A DNA stretch of 43,685 nucleotides, from positions 1 to 43,685 of the forward strand of contig JAOZFH010000036.1 of the NCBI GenBank assembly GCA_027491415.1, in the 5' to 3' direction. The DNA is from Thermoproteota archaeon (GTDB lineage Archaea; Korarchaeota; Korarchaeia; Korarchaeales; Korarchaeaceae). Below are positions 1-9,834 of the stretch, in pieces. Positions within the stretch are counted from its first letter, which is position 1, and every line of letters starts with the position of its first letter. Both the position numbers and the translations under genes were made by a program. A model generated the notes under the pieces. It saw nothing but the letters and a program-made list of their open reading frames with translations. It was not told the origin of the DNA and did no database searches.

Positions 1-159
1 TATGAAGATGGTGGTCATCAGTTTTTTCTTGGCGTAGTCCAGGATGCCCCTCTCCGCGATCTCCCCCCTAAGCCTCTCGGCCATCCGGAAGAGCTCCTCC
101 ACCTCCTCCCTGGAGAAGTCCAGGGCGGAGATCACGTCTCTACCCCTCAGGCCACCCAA
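1..159 (-). CDS. Aspartate/ornithine carbamoyltransferase family protein, PyrB-like, N-terminal part (runs off the window edge)
   Basis: Not in the ORF track. Minus strand reads (M)GGLRGRDVISALDFSREEVEELFRMAERLRGEIAERGILDYAKKKLMTTIFI, matching the N-terminus of archaeal ATCase. TTG at 159 follows a GGAGGTG SD; an alternative in-frame ATG at 207 overlaps the upstream stop. Confidence 0.8.
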   Translation of the reverse strand, partial: MGGLRGRDVISALDFSREEVEELFRMAERLRGEIAERGILDYAKKKLMTTIFI

Positions 160-206
160 CTCACGCACCTCCCAACTCTCCCGAGACCACGGGACGGGGT
201 TCAGCA

Positions 207-725
207 TCACCCCGACGCGGCGCCGGCGGCCGGCCCAGGTCTCCGGGACTTTGCCGCCTCGGAAGCGGCCCTCTTGATGGCCCTGACTATGTTGACGTAC
301 CCGGTACACCTGCAGAGGTTCCCTCGGACGTACTCCCTGATCTCCTCCTCAGTGGGGTTGGGGTTCTCTCTCAGGAGGGCCTGGGCGGTTAGTATGAAGC
401 CGGGCGTGCAGAACCCACACTGGATTGCCCCCTCCTCGATGAAGGCCCTCTGGAGAGGGGTGAGGTCGTCCTCCCCGGTGGCGAGGCCCTCTATGGTGGT
501 TATTTCCCTCCCGTCGACGTCGACGGCCAGGGTCAGGCACGACAGGACGGGCTCGCCGTCCAGCAGGACCGTGCACCCGCCGCACTCCCCTATTCCGCAC
601 CAGTACTTGGTCCCCGTGAGGTGGAGCCTCTCCCTGAGGACGTTGATCAGGAGTTCATTTGGCGCCACGCCGAGCTGGACCCACTCTCCGTTCAGCCTGA
701 ACCTGATGACCCTGGGCTCGGTCAT
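207..725 (-). CDS. Molybdenum hydroxylase small subunit, 2x[2Fe-2S] (CoxS/CutS-like)
   Basis: CGIGECGGCTV...C and QCGFCTPG...NLCRCTGY motifs; stop/start overlap with the FAD subunit. Confidence 0.95.
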   Translation of the reverse strand: MTEPRVIRFRLNGEWVQLGVAPNELLINVLRERLHLTGTKYWCGIGECGGCTVLLDGEPVLSCLTLAVDVDGREITTIEGLATGEDDLTPLQRAFIEEGAIQCGFCTPGFILTAQALLRENPNPTEEEIREYVRGNLCRCTGYVNIVRAIKRAASEAAKSRRPGPAAGAASG

Positions 726-1624
726 CCCACTCCACCCCCGACCCTAACCATCCCGAGCGCCTTGCGCAGGGCGTCCGCCACGATGACCTTGGTGACCTCG
801 CGCCTGTACTCGGCGGTCGACCTGACGTCCGTGATGGGCCTGATCTCCTCCGACGCTATATCCCCGACCCTCCTCAGCAGGCCCTCGGTGGGCGGCCTGC
901 CCTCCAGCGCGGCCTCCGCCTCCCTCGCCCTCATGGGCGTGGGCGCCACCGAGCCCAGGGCTATCCGGACGTTGAAGGCCGACCACCCCTTCAGGGTCAG
1001 CGCGACGGCCACGTTCACCTTGGCCAGGTCCATGGCGGTCCTCGCCACCTTGATGAATGCCGATCCCGTCCCCTCCGGCTGCCTGGGGATCCATATCTCC
1101 GTCAGCATCTCCCCGGGCCTCATTGCCGTCTGCCCCGGCCCGGTGAAGAAGTCCTCGAGCGGAAGAGTCCTCTCGCCCGAGACGCTGGCGAGCTTCACCC
1201 TCGCCCCGTAGACCATCAGGGGAGGCGCGGTGTCAGCCGCGGGGGAGGCGTTGCACAGGTTCCCTCCTATGGTGGCCATGTTCCTCACCTGCACCGAGGC
1301 CATCCACCCGATCGCCCGGTGCAGGGCCGGGAAGAGCCTCTTGATGGCGCCGCTCCTCTCGAGCCTCCTCAGCCGGGTGGCGGCCCCTATCCTCACGCCG
1401 GCGGGCCCCTCCCTGATGTAGTCCAGCTCCGGTATCCTCTTGATGTTGATGACGCACTTCGGCTCGACCCTCCGCATCTTCATCTGCACCAGGAGGTCGG
1501 TCCCCCCGGCCAGTATCTTGGCGTCCTCCCCCCACCTCGCCAGCAGCTCAAGGGCCTCCCTTATCGTCCTCGGCTCGTGGTACTCGAACTCCACCGGGAT
1601 TATGTGGGTGTTGAACCGATTCAC
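722..1624 (-). CDS. Molybdenum hydroxylase medium subunit, FAD-binding (CoxM/CutM-like)
   Basis: AGGTDL, QVRNMATIGGNLCNASPAAD and DVRSTAEYR motifs. Confidence 0.95.
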   Translation of the reverse strand: MNRFNTHIIPVEFEYHEPRTIREALELLARWGEDAKILAGGTDLLVQMKMRRVEPKCVINIKRIPELDYIREGPAGVRIGAATRLRRLERSGAIKRLFPALHRAIGWMASVQVRNMATIGGNLCNASPAADTAPPLMVYGARVKLASVSGERTLPLEDFFTGPGQTAMRPGEMLTEIWIPRQPEGTGSAFIKVARTAMDLAKVNVAVALTLKGWSAFNVRIALGSVAPTPMRAREAEAALEGRPPTEGLLRRVGDIASEEIRPITDVRSTAEYRREVTKVIVADALRKALGMVRVGGGVG

Positions 1625-1676
1625 GGGGAGTTCCCGGATCCAGCCACCGGCCCCAGGTCCGGCTCCCTCGGTCAGC

Positions 1677-4070
1677 TCAGGCCACCCCCCTCCTCCTGGG
1701 CGGATTCTCGCCCGAAGCGCGCTCCCTCTCCCTGAGGGCCCTCAGTATCCTCTCAGGGGTGATCGGGAGCTCGTAGAACCTGATCCCTATGGCGTCGTAG
1801 ATGGCGTTCGCCACAGCGGCCGCAACTGGGTTGCTGGCGGCCTCCCCTATTCCCTTGGCCCCGAACGGGCCCGTGGGCTCGTAGGTGTCGGCGAATATCA
1901 CCCTGAAGTCCTCGATTGGCGGTATGTCCCCGGCGGTGGGGGCCTTGTAGTCGGTGATGAACCCCATGTTCTCCAGAGCCCCGGTCTCCGGGTTGTAGGG
2001 CGTGTCCTCCAAGACGGCCCAGCCCCAGCCCATGACGAATCCGCCCTGCACCTGCCCCTCCGCCAGCTCGGGGTTGATCACCTTGCCTATGTCGGCGCCC
2101 GCGACGACCCTGACGGGCCTGACCCTGCCCGTCTCGGTGTCCACCTCGACCTCCACGAAGTAGGCGGTGAAGCTTGGAGGTGCGGCGGTGGCCCTGAAGC
2201 TCACCGACGCCGAGATGGACCCCCAGTTCCTCTGCCAAGCCGTCCTGGCCACCTCGCTTAGGGTCGTTTGGGCGTCTGAACCCTCCACGTAGATGACCGC
2301 GTCCCCCAGCTCCTCGTCGTACCTCACCCTCAGGGCCTCGGGGCCCACGGCGACGTTCAGGATCCTAACCGCGTACTCCAGGATCTTCCTCTTCACCTCC
2401 CTGGCGGCCCTCCTGGCGGCCTCCCCTCCCACGTACACGCCCCTGGAGGCGTGGGTGCACACGTCGTAGACGGTGGTGGAGCTGTCCGACCAGACCACGT
2501 TGACCTTCTCCAGAGGGATGCAGAGCTCTTCCGCGATGATCTTGGCGTGGGCGTCCAGCGTCCCGCCGCCGTGATCCTGCAGGGCCGTGACGTAGTCCAC
2601 GCTCCCGTCCTCGTTCACCTTGAGGAACGCCCCGGAGTAATCGATCACCGATCCTGATAGGGGTCCGCCGGCCCCGGAGGTGTGGAACCCCCTGGCCACC
2701 CCTATCCCGCGCCTGTACCTGCCGGTCTGCTCCCCGGGCCTCGGCCTGTTCCTCCAGCCGATGAGCTCCGCTCCCCTTCTCATGAGCTCTGGGACGCCGT
2801 CGCTCCTGATGATGCTCTTCACGGTGGGCCCCTGCCCCCAGAACAGATCGCCCTTGCCCACGTAGTTCTTCAGCCTGAACTCCACGGGATCCACGCCCAG
2901 CTCCTCGGCGAGTTCGTCCACGACGGTCTCGACCGCCCAGGTGACCTGCGGGTTACCGTAGCCCCTGAGGGCGCAGCTCGGGACCTTGTTGGTGTAGACG
3001 GCTCTCCCGAAGTACCTGATGGCCCTCCACTTGTAGAGGGAAACGAACCAGCCCAGCGCGGTGCCCAGCAGCGGGTAGGGTTGAATTTGGTGGGCCCCTA
3101 CGTCCATGACGTTCTCGAACTCCGCCCCCGACAGCCTCCCGTTCCTCCTTGCCCCCGCCCTGATCCTCAGGTACATCTCAAAGGAGACGTGGTCGTGCAT
3201 CATGTCCTCCTCTCTCGTCAAGGCTATCTTCACGGGCCTTCTGGCCTTCCTGCTCAGGGCGACGGCCACCAGGGTCACGAGGTTGGTGTGGATGCTGGAC
3301 CCGAACCCCCCGCCCAGGAAGACCTTCTTCACCCTGACCTTGCTCTGGGGTATCCCAAAGACCTGCGATATGAGGATCTTGGTGTTGTGGATGGTCTGCG
3401 TCGTGGTCCAGACCGTGACGCCGCCGTCGGGGTCTGGCCTGCTGACGGCCACTTTTGGCTCGGGCTGGAGGTGATACCTTCTGTTGGTGTGAAACCTCCT
3501 CTCTACCACCACGTCGGCCTCCGACAGGGCTCGGTCGACGTCTCCCTCGGAGTACTCGAGGGTGCAGGCGACGTTGTCTTCCACGTTGACCCAGGCCCCG
3601 CCCCTCATGATCCTCTCGTGGATGGCCGGAGATCCCGGCCTGGTGGCCTCGAACGGATCGAGGAGGGGCTTGTACACCCTGACAGGCTCCAGCTTGATGG
3701 CCTCCAGGGCGCGCTGGGCCGCCTCCTCCGAGGCCGCCGCGACCGCGGCCACGGGCTCGCCCACGTACCTCGGGTGTTCGGTGAGGACCCTCCAGTCCTT
3801 GAAGGTGTCTTCCTCCACGCTGACCAGCCTTGGATTGAAGAGCACATCTGGCACGTCTCTCGGCGTGAGAACGACCGCCCCCAGCCTCTCGGCCTCCGTG
3901 GCGTCTACCCGAACCTCCGCGTGGGCGTAGGGGCTCTTGAGGATTCTGCCGTAGAGCATCCCGGGAAGCCAAACGTCGTAGGCGTACGTGGCTCTGCCCG
4001 TGGCCTTGAGGACCCCGTCCTTCCTGCCAACCCTCACGCCGACGAACCTGAACCGGCCCCCGGCGCTCAA
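1677..4070 (-). CDS. Xanthine dehydrogenase family molybdopterin-binding large subunit
   Basis: GGGFG, ALRGYGNPQ, ASRG, GQVQGG and GPFGAKGIGE motifs; no CODH AYRCSFR loop. Confidence 0.93.
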   Translation of the reverse strand: MSAGGRFRFVGVRVGRKDGVLKATGRATYAYDVWLPGMLYGRILKSPYAHAEVRVDATEAERLGAVVLTPRDVPDVLFNPRLVSVEEDTFKDWRVLTEHPRYVGEPVAAVAAASEEAAQRALEAIKLEPVRVYKPLLDPFEATRPGSPAIHERIMRGGAWVNVEDNVACTLEYSEGDVDRALSEADVVVERRFHTNRRYHLQPEPKVAVSRPDPDGGVTVWTTTQTIHNTKILISQVFGIPQSKVRVKKVFLGGGFGSSIHTNLVTLVAVALSRKARRPVKIALTREEDMMHDHVSFEMYLRIRAGARRNGRLSGAEFENVMDVGAHQIQPYPLLGTALGWFVSLYKWRAIRYFGRAVYTNKVPSCALRGYGNPQVTWAVETVVDELAEELGVDPVEFRLKNYVGKGDLFWGQGPTVKSIIRSDGVPELMRRGAELIGWRNRPRPGEQTGRYRRGIGVARGFHTSGAGGPLSGSVIDYSGAFLKVNEDGSVDYVTALQDHGGGTLDAHAKIIAEELCIPLEKVNVVWSDSSTTVYDVCTHASRGVYVGGEAARRAAREVKRKILEYAVRILNVAVGPEALRVRYDEELGDAVIYVEGSDAQTTLSEVARTAWQRNWGSISASVSFRATAAPPSFTAYFVEVEVDTETGRVRPVRVVAGADIGKVINPELAEGQVQGGFVMGWGWAVLEDTPYNPETGALENMGFITDYKAPTAGDIPPIEDFRVIFADTYEPTGPFGAKGIGEAASNPVAAAVANAIYDAIGIRFYELPITPERILRALRERERASGENPPRRRGVA

Positions 4071-4147
4071 GATCTCACACGCTGCCGGCGCAAACGCTCT
4101 AAATTAAGCCTTGACAACAAGCTCCCTCGATTGCAGAGGGATGCGAC

Positions 4148-5494
4148 TTGCCCGGTGGAGATCTCCTGGTCAGGGGTGGGACCCTCGTCGTCCCCGAGGG
4201 GACCTTCGAGGCTGACGTCCTGATCGAGGACGGCACCATCGTTATGATCGGAAGAGGGCTGTCTCCCGCCGGTCACGAGGTCCTCGACGCGCGGGGTATG
4301 CTCGTGCTCCCCGGCGTGGTGGACGAGCACGTGCACATGAGAGAGCCGGGCCTGGAGTATAAGGACGACTTCACCCACGGGACGATGGCGGCGGCAGCGG
4401 GCGGGGTCACGACCGTGATAGAGATGCCGAACACCCTACCGCCCGTCGATGACGCCGACAAGCTGAGGAGGAAGGCCGACCTCCTCTCCGGCAGGGCCTA
4501 CGTGGACTTTGCCCTCTTGGGTGTTCTACACGACGAGAACCTCGACGAGCTGGAGGGCATGCTGGGGGCCGGAGCGGTTGGGTTCAAGGCTTTCCTGGGA
4601 CCCACGACCGGGAACATTCCCCCGCCGGGGGACGGATCCATATACGAAGCCCTCGAGAAGTCCTCCCGGCTCGGCTTCACGGTAGCGTTTCACGGTGAGA
4701 ACTGGGACCTGGTCAGGATGTTCACGGAGAGGGTGAGGTCTGAGGGGAAGGTTGACCCCCTGGCGCACCTGCGCTCCAGGCCCCCGGTCTGCGAGGAGGA
4801 GGCTGCCCAGAGGATAGCCCTCTACGCCAGGAGGACCGGCGGCAGGGCCCTGATAGTCCACGTGGCGGCGGCGGAGGCGATCAACGTGGTGAGGCGGGCG
4901 AGGTCCGACGGGGTCGAGGTTTACGCCGAGACCTGCCCCCACTACCTTCTGCTCTCCGCCGATGACTACGAGAGGTACGGCGCGCTCATGAAGGTGAACC
5001 CCCCAGTGAGGGAGCGGGACCACCAGAGGGAGCTCTGGAGAGCCGTCAACGACGGCACGATTCAGACGCTCGGTTCAGATCACGCCCCTCACTCGAGGGA
5101 GGAGAAGAGCGGGGACATCATGTCCGCCGCCGCCGGCGTGCCAGCGGTCCAGACGTTCCTCCCGTTGATGCTGGACGCGGCCCTGAAGGGAAAGATGCCG
5201 ATCACCAAGATACCTGAACTCATGGCCAGAAACCCGGCGAGGCTCTTCGGGCTCTATCCTAAGAAGGGCTCCCTCTCGGTGGGCAGCGACGGGGACCTGG
5301 CGATCGTGGATCCCAAGGCGGAGTGGACGGTTAAGGCCGAGGATCTATACGCCAAGCACCCAATGACCCCCTTCGACGGTCTGAGGGTCAGGGGCAAGGT
5401 GGTCTACACGATTCTAAGGGGGGTGGTCGTGGCGGAGTCCGGCAGGGTCGCGATCTCCGAGCCACGGGGAGAGTGGGTTATTGGACGGACCTAA
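4148..5494 (+). CDS. Cyclic amidohydrolase (dihydroorotase/allantoinase family)
   Basis: DEHVHMREPG, GGVTT, MPNT, FKAFL, ETCPHYL, KVNPP, SDHAPH; divergent from the Mo hydroxylase operon. Confidence 0.9.
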   Translation: MPGGDLLVRGGTLVVPEGTFEADVLIEDGTIVMIGRGLSPAGHEVLDARGMLVLPGVVDEHVHMREPGLEYKDDFTHGTMAAAAGGVTTVIEMPNTLPPVDDADKLRRKADLLSGRAYVDFALLGVLHDENLDELEGMLGAGAVGFKAFLGPTTGNIPPPGDGSIYEALEKSSRLGFTVAFHGENWDLVRMFTERVRSEGKVDPLAHLRSRPPVCEEEAAQRIALYARRTGGRALIVHVAAAEAINVVRRARSDGVEVYAETCPHYLLLSADDYERYGALMKVNPPVRERDHQRELWRAVNDGTIQTLGSDHAPHSREEKSGDIMSAAAGVPAVQTFLPLMLDAALKGKMPITKIPELMARNPARLFGLYPKKGSLSVGSDGDLAIVDPKAEWTVKAEDLYAKHPMTPFDGLRVRGKVVYTILRGVVVAESGRVAISEPRGEWVIGRT

Positions 5495-5810
5495 CTTCCG
5501 GCTGGGATCCCTGGGGGCGTCCGTCCGCGTCCACACCCGCTGAGTTCCGGCCGGCAACTCGATTTCCACCCCTACCGGTCAAACAATGAAATAATCGCCT
5601 TTCCGGAGAGGGGCAATCAACGCTTTGTCCTACGCGACGGGCCGTCGCGCTCGCCAGATTTTCTTTGATTCTCCTGCGGCATGTGTCCTGAGTTGGAGTG
5701 TATGCTTGTCAACCTATCCATCTCTGAAGGGAAAACGGGGATTTAATCTAAGATTCGTACGCGTTGTCGATTGATACCACCGTTAGGATAATTCTAGAAC
5801 CGGCTTTGCG

Positions 5811-5824
5811 GAGAAAGTTTATTA
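5811..5824 (+). promoter_or_regulatory. BRE/TATA box for the Liv-type ABC operon
   Basis: GAGAAAG-TTTATTA about 27 nt before ATG 5851. Confidence 0.6.
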
Positions 5825-5850
5825 GATTTTGATCCGGAAATTGTTTTAAC

Positions 5851-7188
5851 ATGCGGCGGCGACCCGGGATAGGTAGAACGGTCCTCGTGGGGGCCCTGAT
5901 CGTCCTGATAATCCTGGTTGCCGTGGCTGCCATCTACGTTCGGAAGCCGGCTCCGACTCCTTCACCCACCCCCTCACCGACAACTGCAGCCCCAACCACG
6001 GCCCCTCCAGCCCCCAAGATTGAGGAGATAGTCATAGGAATGGTCGAGCCCCTGAGCGGGACGCACTCCATCTTTGGGATAGAGGCCAAGCAGGCCGCCG
6101 AGCTGATCATAGAGGACATTAACGCCAAGGGAGGGATAAAGTCCCTAGGCGGCGCCAAGCTCAAGCTGGTCGTGGAGGACTCCAAGGACAGCATCGAGGG
6201 GGCGAAGCTCGCGGCGGAGAAGCTGATCTCCCAGTATCACCCGCCGATCATAATCGGCGCCTACATCAGCAGGCACACGGCGGCCATGGCGGAGGTGACC
6301 GAGCGCGAGAAGGTCATCTTAGTGGCTGACGCCCTCGTGGACTTCCTCAGCGAGAAGGGCTGGAAGTACTTCTTCAGGGCCTGCCCGAAGACATCCATCC
6401 ACGGCAAGACCGCGATGGACTTCGTGTACGAGACCGCCCAGAGAAAGGGGATCGAGATCAGCACGGTGGTCATCATCAACGAGGACTCTGTCTTCGGGAG
6501 GTACACGGCCCTGGGAGCCTATCACGAGGCGCTAGGCCTCGGCCTGACCGTCTTAGACCAGATAGAGTACCCGTACGACATAGCCGACGCCTCCCCGATA
6601 GTCAGCAGGCTCATGGAGCTCGACCCGGACGTCGTGATCTCGGTGCCCTACTTCTCCGACGGCGTGCTCATCGCCACGACCATGGAGGAGGTGGGCTACA
6701 AGCCCATGATAGTCGCCGGGGCGGGAGGGTGCGGCTACTGCGACCCGGACTCCATAAGCGCGGCCGGGTCGGCGGTCGAGGGGTTCACCCAGACGTACAG
6801 CTACAACCCGTTCCTGAACACCCCGTACAACCGGGAGATAGTGCAGAAGTTCCAGGAGAGGTACGGCAAGCTGCCCACCGAGGCAGGCGGGATAATCTTC
6901 TACTCCCTCTGGACCATCAAGGAGGCCCTCGAGCTGGCGGGCCAGATGTTTCCGGAGGATCCGCTGAACCCCGACAACCTGAGGCAGGCCTTCCTGGCCC
7001 TGGACATAACCAGCGGGCCTGCCGCGGAGACCTACCCGTCCGGACACATCAAGTTCGGCCCGAACGGAGACAACATCTACGCGATGGCCGTGGTCCTCCA
7101 GGTTCAGGACGGGGAGCCCGTCCTGGTCTACCCGTTCGAGTACGCCCAGGCCGAGCCCATCTTCCCGATACCGGGGTACAAGCCGTAG
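5851..7188 (+). CDS. Branched-chain amino acid (Liv/HAAT) family ABC substrate-binding protein, N-terminally membrane anchored
   Basis: N-terminal hydrophobic helix, Pro/Thr linker, IGMVEPLSG, INAKGGI, YFFR type-1 PBP motifs. Confidence 0.9.
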   Translation: MRRRPGIGRTVLVGALIVLIILVAVAAIYVRKPAPTPSPTPSPTTAAPTTAPPAPKIEEIVIGMVEPLSGTHSIFGIEAKQAAELIIEDINAKGGIKSLGGAKLKLVVEDSKDSIEGAKLAAEKLISQYHPPIIIGAYISRHTAAMAEVTEREKVILVADALVDFLSEKGWKYFFRACPKTSIHGKTAMDFVYETAQRKGIEISTVVIINEDSVFGRYTALGAYHEALGLGLTVLDQIEYPYDIADASPIVSRLMELDPDVVISVPYFSDGVLIATTMEEVGYKPMIVAGAGGCGYCDPDSISAAGSAVEGFTQTYSYNPFLNTPYNREIVQKFQERYGKLPTEAGGIIFYSLWTIKEALELAGQMFPEDPLNPDNLRQAFLALDITSGPAAETYPSGHIKFGPNGDNIYAMAVVLQVQDGEPVLVYPFEYAQAEPIFPIPGYKP

Positions 7189-7219
7189 GCCCCCCTCCCC
7201 ACAATTTTTCCCGTTTCCG
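7189..7219 (+). terminator. Pyrimidine/oligo-T tract after the SBP gene (possible partial terminator)
   Basis: CCCCCTCCCCACAATTTTTCCCGTTTCC between the SBP stop and the GGAGGTGA SD of the permease. Confidence 0.4.
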
Positions 7220-7230
7220 GAGGTGAGAGC

Positions 7231-8094
7231 TTGCTCGAGCTGCTCCTGCAGAACCTAGTGAACGGAATCCTGATGGGCTGCGTCTACGCGCTCGTCGCGC
7301 TGGGCCTCGCCCTGCAGTTTGGCGTCATGGACATCATCAACTTCGCCCACGGCGAGTTCGTCATGATCGCCATGTACCTGGTCTTCTGGATCAGCCTCTA
7401 CCTGGCTATCCCCGGCTCCCTGACGTCCCTGATCGTCGCGCCCATCTACTTCGTCTTCGGCCTCGTAATCTACAAGCTGGTCATAGACCGGATCGTCGGC
7501 ACCTACCCACTGGCCCAGATAGCGGCCACGATAGGGCTCATGGTACTCCTCAGGAACCTCGCCCTGGCGGCGTGGAGGGCCCAGCCAAGGGGCCTCCAGT
7601 ACGAGGTGCTGAGGGGAAGCGTGACCCTGGGGCCCGTGGTGGTGCCCATATCCAGGCTGACCGCCGCACTGGTGAGCGTCGGCACGATGCTGGCCCTCCG
7701 CTGGTTCCTGACGCACACCCGACTGGGCCTCGCACTGAGGGCCACGAGCGACGACATGCAGGCCGCCTCCCTCCTGGGGATCAACGTCAGGAGGATGTTC
7801 GCGCTTGCCTTCGGCCTGGGCTGCGCGATAATCGGGATAGCCGCCGCCTTCATCATGACCTTCCAGCAGGTTAACCCGGAGTCCGGGCTCACCTGGGGGC
7901 TGATAAGCTGGATAATCGTCGTCATGGCCGGGCTGGGAGGGGTAAGCGGGGTCCTCCTGTCCGGCCTGATACTGGGAATGGTCGAGGCCCTGGAGATCAC
8001 GTTCTGGGATCCAAGGGCCAGCTTGGCGGTGATGTACTCCCTCTTCATCCTGATCCTCTGGGTCAAGCCGAGGGGCCTCTTTGGGAGGAGGTAG
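7231..8094 (+). CDS. livH: HAAT-family ABC permease (LivH-like)
   Basis: GVMDIINFAHGEF, GLALRA...GINV motifs. Confidence 0.88.
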   Translation: MLELLLQNLVNGILMGCVYALVALGLALQFGVMDIINFAHGEFVMIAMYLVFWISLYLAIPGSLTSLIVAPIYFVFGLVIYKLVIDRIVGTYPLAQIAATIGLMVLLRNLALAAWRAQPRGLQYEVLRGSVTLGPVVVPISRLTAALVSVGTMLALRWFLTHTRLGLALRATSDDMQAASLLGINVRRMFALAFGLGCAIIGIAAAFIMTFQQVNPESGLTWGLISWIIVVMAGLGGVSGVLLSGLILGMVEALEITFWDPRASLAVMYSLFILILWVKPRGLFGRR

Positions 8095-8096
8095 CC

Positions 8097-9095
8097 ATGA
8101 GGGCGTCCGACCTAAAGCCCATAGTCGCGCTGACGGCCATGCTGGCCGCCCTCCCGCTGGCGGTCAGGATGAACAACTACTACGTCCTCCTCCTAACGTG
8201 GATCCTCTACTACTCAACTCTGGTGACGGCGTGGAACGTGATCGGAGGCCTGGCCGGTCAGCTGGACCTGGCGGCCGCGTCGTACATAGGTCTGGGCGCC
8301 TACACGATGGGGACCCTGCTGACGAGGCTCGATGTGACCCCATGGGTGGGTATACCGCTGGGAGGGCTGGTTGCAGCGGGTTTCGCGGCCCTTGTGGGCT
8401 ACCCGACCTTCAGGTTCGGGCTTAAGGAGGCCTGGTACGCCCTGGCGACGATAAGCAGCGTGGTCGTGCTGCAGAAGCTCTTCCTGGTGTGGGAGGAGAT
8501 CGGAGGTCCGGAGGAGAGGTACCTGCCAGCCAGGTACGGCGAGCTATACTACCTCAGGTTCAGGGGCTACGCGCCATACTACTACATCCTGCTGGCCGTC
8601 CTGGTCATGGTGCTGCTCCTGAACGTCAAGATCAGGAGGAGCAAGACCGGCTACTACCTGCTGGCGATAAGGGAGAACGAGGAGGCGGCCGAGATACTGG
8701 GGATCGACGTGAGGAAGTACAAGCTCAGGGCCCTGCTCATCTACGCCTTCGTCACGGGATGCATAGGGGGGATCTTCGCCCTGATCAGCGGGTACCTGCA
8801 CCCGCACCACTTCGACACCTGGACGAGCCTCCAGGTCGCCATCCTCGGCATAGTCGGCGGGGCGGGCGTGGGGTCCATCTACAGCCTGCCCGCGACCACG
8901 TTCATCATCTACTCTATATCGGAGCTTCTCAGGTCGACCCTGGGGGGGTGGATCCCCGGCATCCACCTTATCTTCTACGGCGTGATACTGACGGTCGTGG
9001 TCTTGCTTAAGCCGGAGGGCCTGTCTGAGACCTACGAGAGGCTCTACGGACGGATCAGGGCGGCCCTGCTCAGGAGGCGGGCGGGAGGTGGGTAG
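8097..9095 (+). CDS. livM: HAAT-family ABC permease (LivM-like)
   Basis: WNVIGGLAGQ, AIRENEEAAEILGID, KPEGL motifs. Confidence 0.88.
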   Translation: MRASDLKPIVALTAMLAALPLAVRMNNYYVLLLTWILYYSTLVTAWNVIGGLAGQLDLAAASYIGLGAYTMGTLLTRLDVTPWVGIPLGGLVAAGFAALVGYPTFRFGLKEAWYALATISSVVVLQKLFLVWEEIGGPEERYLPARYGELYYLRFRGYAPYYYILLAVLVMVLLLNVKIRRSKTGYYLLAIRENEEAAEILGIDVRKYKLRALLIYAFVTGCIGGIFALISGYLHPHHFDTWTSLQVAILGIVGGAGVGSIYSLPATTFIIYSISELLRSTLGGWIPGIHLIFYGVILTVVVLLKPEGLSETYERLYGRIRAALLRRRAGGG

Positions 9096-9834
9096 GTTGA
9101 CAGAGGCCGAGGCCCTCCTCCGGGTGAGGAGGGTGACCAAGAGGTTCGGCGGCATAGTGGCGCTGGACCGCGTGGATGTCGACGTGTACGAGGGGGAGAT
9201 ACTCGGGATGATAGGACCCAACGGGGCCGGAAAGACAACCCTCTTCAACGTGGTCACCGGATACTACCCTCCGGACTCCGGGAGGATCATATTTCGGGGA
9301 GAGGACATCACAGGAAGGCCACCACACGAGATAGCCAAGTTGGGGATCAGCAGGACGTTCCAAGTGGTCAAGCCGTTCCTGGGGCTGACCGTCGAGGACG
9401 CCGTCAGGGTCGGGGCGTACAACCGCCTCTCCGACGAGGCCGAAGTCGAGAGGAGGGTGAGGGAGATCCTCGAGTTCATGGGCCTGGACAGGCTGAGGGA
9501 CAGGCTCTGCAGGGACCTCAACATAGTCCAGATCAAGCAGACCGCCATCGCTAGGGCCCTGGCCACGGATCCAAAGCTCCTGCTGCTGGACGAGGCGGCC
9601 GCGGGTCTCAACCCTGGCGAGGTGGACGACCTCATCGAGCTCCTGAGGAGGGTGAACAGGGAGATGGGGGTCACCCTCTGGGTGGTCGAGCACGTCATGA
9701 GGTTCGTGATGGGGATCTCGGACAGGATAGTCGTCCTCCACTACGGCGAGAAGATCGCTGAGGGTCCGCCCGAGCAGGTGGCCCACGACCCCAAGGTGGT
9801 GGAGGCCTACCTCGGAGCGGAGGTGGTGATATGA
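9088..9834 (+). CDS. livG: HAAT-family ABC ATP-binding protein (LivG-like)
   Basis: GPNGAGKT, RTFQ, LLLDEAAAGLN, VEH, VVEAYLG. Confidence 0.92.
   Translation: MGRLTEAEALLRVRRVTKRFGGIVALDRVDVDVYEGEILGMIGPNGAGKTTLFNVVTGYYPPDSGRIIFRGEDITGRPPHEIAKLGISRTFQVVKPFLGLTVEDAVRVGAYNRLSDEAEVERRVREILEFMGLDRLRDRLCRDLNIVQIKQTAIARALATDPKLLLLDEAAAGLNPGEVDDLIELLRRVNREMGVTLWVVEHVMRFVMGISDRIVVLHYGEKIAEGPPEQVAHDPKVVEAYLGAEVVI

Noticed and set aside
1677-4070. Aerobic CO dehydrogenase (coxL)
   Set aside because: The AYRCSFR loop is absent; the sequence has ALRGYG like other Mo hydroxylases.
2682-4223. Long antisense/shadow ORFs (e.g. 2682-4223, 23959-25065, 21077-21946)
   Set aside because: They overlap well-supported genes on the opposite strand and have no motifs; such ORFs are expected in high-GC DNA.
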